Below, one piece after another: positions 61,026 through 64,000 of a stretch of 64,000 nucleotides of DNA (within the stretch, counting starts at the first letter, position 1; each line of letters begins with the position of its first letter). The notes under the pieces were generated by a model. It was not told where the DNA came from. It was given only the letters and a program-made list of their open reading frames with translations, and made no database searches. Position numbers and translations under genes: made by a program. The stretch is from Lophium mytilinum (lineage: Eukaryota): assembly GCA_010093605.1 (NCBI GenBank), contig MU004196.1, forward strand, positions 22,606 to 86,605, written 5' to 3'.

Positions 61026-62307
61026 ATGCGTTCTTCTGTCACTACTGCTACGGTCCAGCCAAAGAAGACCCCGAAGAGGCTTTCCACCACCGCCAATGGA
61101 GGGAGAAAGCTGGACTCTGCTCCGACAAAGTCCGAAGACGACCAGTTCTTCTGGACATACACAGAGGAGCCGCACCGGACACGACGAATGGCCATAATCA
61201 AGGCTCACCCAGAGGTATACATCTCCTCATATGCATCAAGCCGAAGAAGCTAACTTCCTCCAGGTCACGAAGCTCTGCGGCCCTGAACCTCTTACCAAAT
61301 ATGTCGTCGCGGCCGTTGTCTCCCTCCAAGTCCTCTGCGCATACCTCCTACGAGATACCCCAGTGCTCTCATGGCCATTCTTCCTCACTGCATATATAAT
61401 CGGCGCGACCGCGAACCAGAATCTGTTCCTCGCCATCCACGAAATATCGCACAACCTTGCTTTCCGATCTCCGCTAGCAAACCGGATATTCGCCGTCTTC
61501 GCAAATCTTCCCATTGGAATACCATACAGTGCATCATTTAGGGTATGGCATCTCAAATTAACAAGGGCGCCTTGTCATTATCCAGTCGTATGTACTGACT
61601 TTATCTAGCCCTACCACCTAACCCACCACAAATCCCTCGGAGTCGACGGCCTCGACACCGACCTTCCCACACGCTTCGAGGCCCTGTTCCTCGACTCCGT
61701 CGCCGGCAAAGCCTTCTTCTGCACTTTCCAGATCCTCTTCTACGCCCTCCGGCCCATGATGGTCTACCAGCTCCCCCTCACCCGCATCCACGCCTTCAAC
61801 ATCGTCGCGCAAGTCGCCTTCGACTACGCCCTTGTGAGCCTAGCTTCCGGCCGCGCCCTCACCTACTTCATCCTCTCCTCCTTCCTCGCCGGGTCCCTGC
61901 ACCCCTGCGCCGGTCACTTCATCGCCGAGCATTACGTGTTCGATCGCCAGCCTGCAGGCGCGAAAGACCCCGCGAGCCTAGCGCCCCTGCCGGAGACCTT
62001 TTCGTATTACGGGCCGTTGAATCTGTTGACGTATAACGTGGGGCTGCATAATGAGCACCATGATTTCCCGGCTGTGCCGTGGACGAAGCTGCCGGCGTTG
62101 AACAGGATGGCGAGCGAGTTTTATGATGAGTTGCCGTGTCATAAGAGCTGGATCTACGTTATTTGGCAGTTTATATGGGACAAGGAGGTTGGGCTGTGGT
62201 GTCGGGTCAAGAGGGCGGAGGGGGGTAGGAGAGTTGGTGGTGGTGGGGCGTGGGGAATTGAGGAGTTAGGGGCGAATGAGGCGAGTGAGATTGCAGGTGT
62301 AAGATGA
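61026..62307 (+). CDS. des1: Dihydroceramide (sphingolipid) delta(4)-desaturase
   Basis: FFWTYTEEPHRTRRMAIIKAHPE; His boxes HEISH, HLTHH, HNEHH; two introns. Confidence 0.96.
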
Positions 62308-62931
62308 GGTTAAGAAGTAATGGCGTATTAGGAATTAGAAATATCATACTTATGTCTAGCGAGCCTTCACGAGTAAAATATGCTCCCGTGTACGAGACGG
62401 AGGTGCTGTATATTTAGGCTGCAATTACCAACTAGGCGCTACTCCTGGCGCTTGGCTATTCGCCGTGTAGACATTTGAATATTCCAACCTGTCTTTACAT
62501 AATTGAGACATTTCCGCCATCATTACCCAGACCTTGTAGCTCTAGGCACGTGATATATCATAAGCACTAAAATCACCACTATCTAACTATCTCGTGAATA
62601 AATAGGAGCACGTCGAAGGTCATGTCCCCCCTCTCCTATCGTGCACGAGCCCTCAGCGACTTCTCCATCACCAGCATGCTGAGCCATCACAAGGCAATAC
62701 TTTTCAGGGGCAGCAAGCCACACTCAGCCTGGCTATCTATGGAACCGCCCTTGGGCACTCTGGGCTGCCTAACGCCGCCATTTCCTACTCGCTGGCCCTC
62801 CATCATGCAGCACAGCCGCGCAACTTTACTTACATGGCACCAGGCACTCCTCGGGCGAGCTGCTCTGCTCTTCCAGCTTCAGCACCCATGAAAACTACGC
62901 CTACGACCCAATGTAACTTAGCAGTCTAATC

Positions 62932-64000
62932 ATGCCAAAAAGCCTTTTTCACAGGTTGGTCCATTCCGAACCGGACTTCCAAACGCTGAGCCAGGATATC
63001 TGTAATGGCCTGCAAGAGCGCATGGAAGAGCCCTTCGAAACCGATCCTGACTCTGCTTTCATCACTCAGCAAGATCTACACAATGTCTGGGCTGCGGAAG
63101 GCCTCAACGGAACTAAGAGCTTATTCTCAAAGCTTAGCGATGCGCTCCGCCTGAACGACAAGCAAAAAGTCGATCTTCGTGCCCGTCTCAAAATTATCTC
63201 TACGCTCGCGTGGACAGGAGGAGCTTTGAATGAGAGTCTTGCCAGCCTTTCCTGTAGTGATATGGATCTGCCCCTATCAAAAGACGATGTCACAAAGCAC
63301 TTTCCCAAATTGATAAATAAGGACGAATTCATGCGACAACAGTTCCGGTTTCTACCTATTCAGCTATGCGAACTGTCTAAAGACAGCCCAAGCCATGAGA
63401 TGAAAAAGCATGCTCGTCTTCCGTTTTCACTCAAGACGGTCGTGCACGGCGACAAGCATAGCAAATCAATGGTTTCCATTGGGTGGATCGCGAACGGATG
63501 CTTGAAATATGACACAAGCAAAGCGAGACCAACACCTGAACCAACGCCTAAATCAACTCCTGAACCTATACCTATCGACGTACCGGTATGTACCAACACT
63601 CAGCCTGATCAACCACAATCTAACCTATGATTTGATGTGGTAGCAAGATCGCCTATTGGCTGTCAAGAAGTACAGGATGAGGCAGGATTTTGTAGACGAG
63701 GCGGGAAACCTCCAGAAACTTCGGTCAGCCCCAAAGCCACATCCAAACATCCTTCTCAACATCGGTGCAGTTTCTATTATCGATGACTCTGGCTTTCTTG
63801 TCTTTGATGCTGCACACTGCGATCTCGAGGATTTGCTTTCCTGCAAATGCAAGTTTCGGGGCTTCCAACCATCAATTCTACTCGACAATGCTTGCGGAAT
63901 TGCCGAAGCCCTTGCTTGGTGCCACCAGGATATTCAGGAAGTAGGGGCTGGAGAGCGTAAAGTCATTCACAGCGATTTGAAACCAAAAAACATCCTCGTT
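62932..64000 (+). CDS. Protein kinase (non-RD) with ~220-aa N-terminal extension; truncated by window end
   Basis: After an intron (~63587-63643): LAVKK, FVDE..NL, HPNIL, AHCDLEDLL, GIAEALAWCH, VIHSDLKPKNILV. Confidence 0.88.

Overview
Filamentous ascomycete genomic DNA (GT-AG introns with CTAAC/CTGAC branch sites, RIP-type AT-rich block). Bases 1 to ~6730 are RIP-degraded repeats: a LINE reverse-transcriptase relic, an N gap and a ~500-bp direct repeat. About 6.8-46.7 kb looks accessory. It holds a HET protein with a hydrophobic N-terminus and a putative aromatic-catabolism cluster (small unknown protein, VOC dioxygenase-like protein, FAD monooxygenase, Zn2Cys6 regulator, P450, then an MBL-fold hydrolase and a secreted carboxylesterase). 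It also holds a head-to-head pair of a CHAT protease/NB-ARC/TPR NLR-like gene and a gasdermin-like gene (best candidate system: an inflammasome-like cell-death module), two RING proteins plus a paralogous low-complexity gene, a helical/polyQ/repeat protein, an F-box gene and unknowns. About 46.9-62.3 kb is mostly housekeeping (acyl-CoA thioesterase, mitochondrial carrier, VDAC, DnaJ, MetAP2, sphingolipid delta4-desaturase). A non-RD kinase runs off the right edge. All calls come from motifs read by eye with no database searches; exon boundaries and some starts are approximate.
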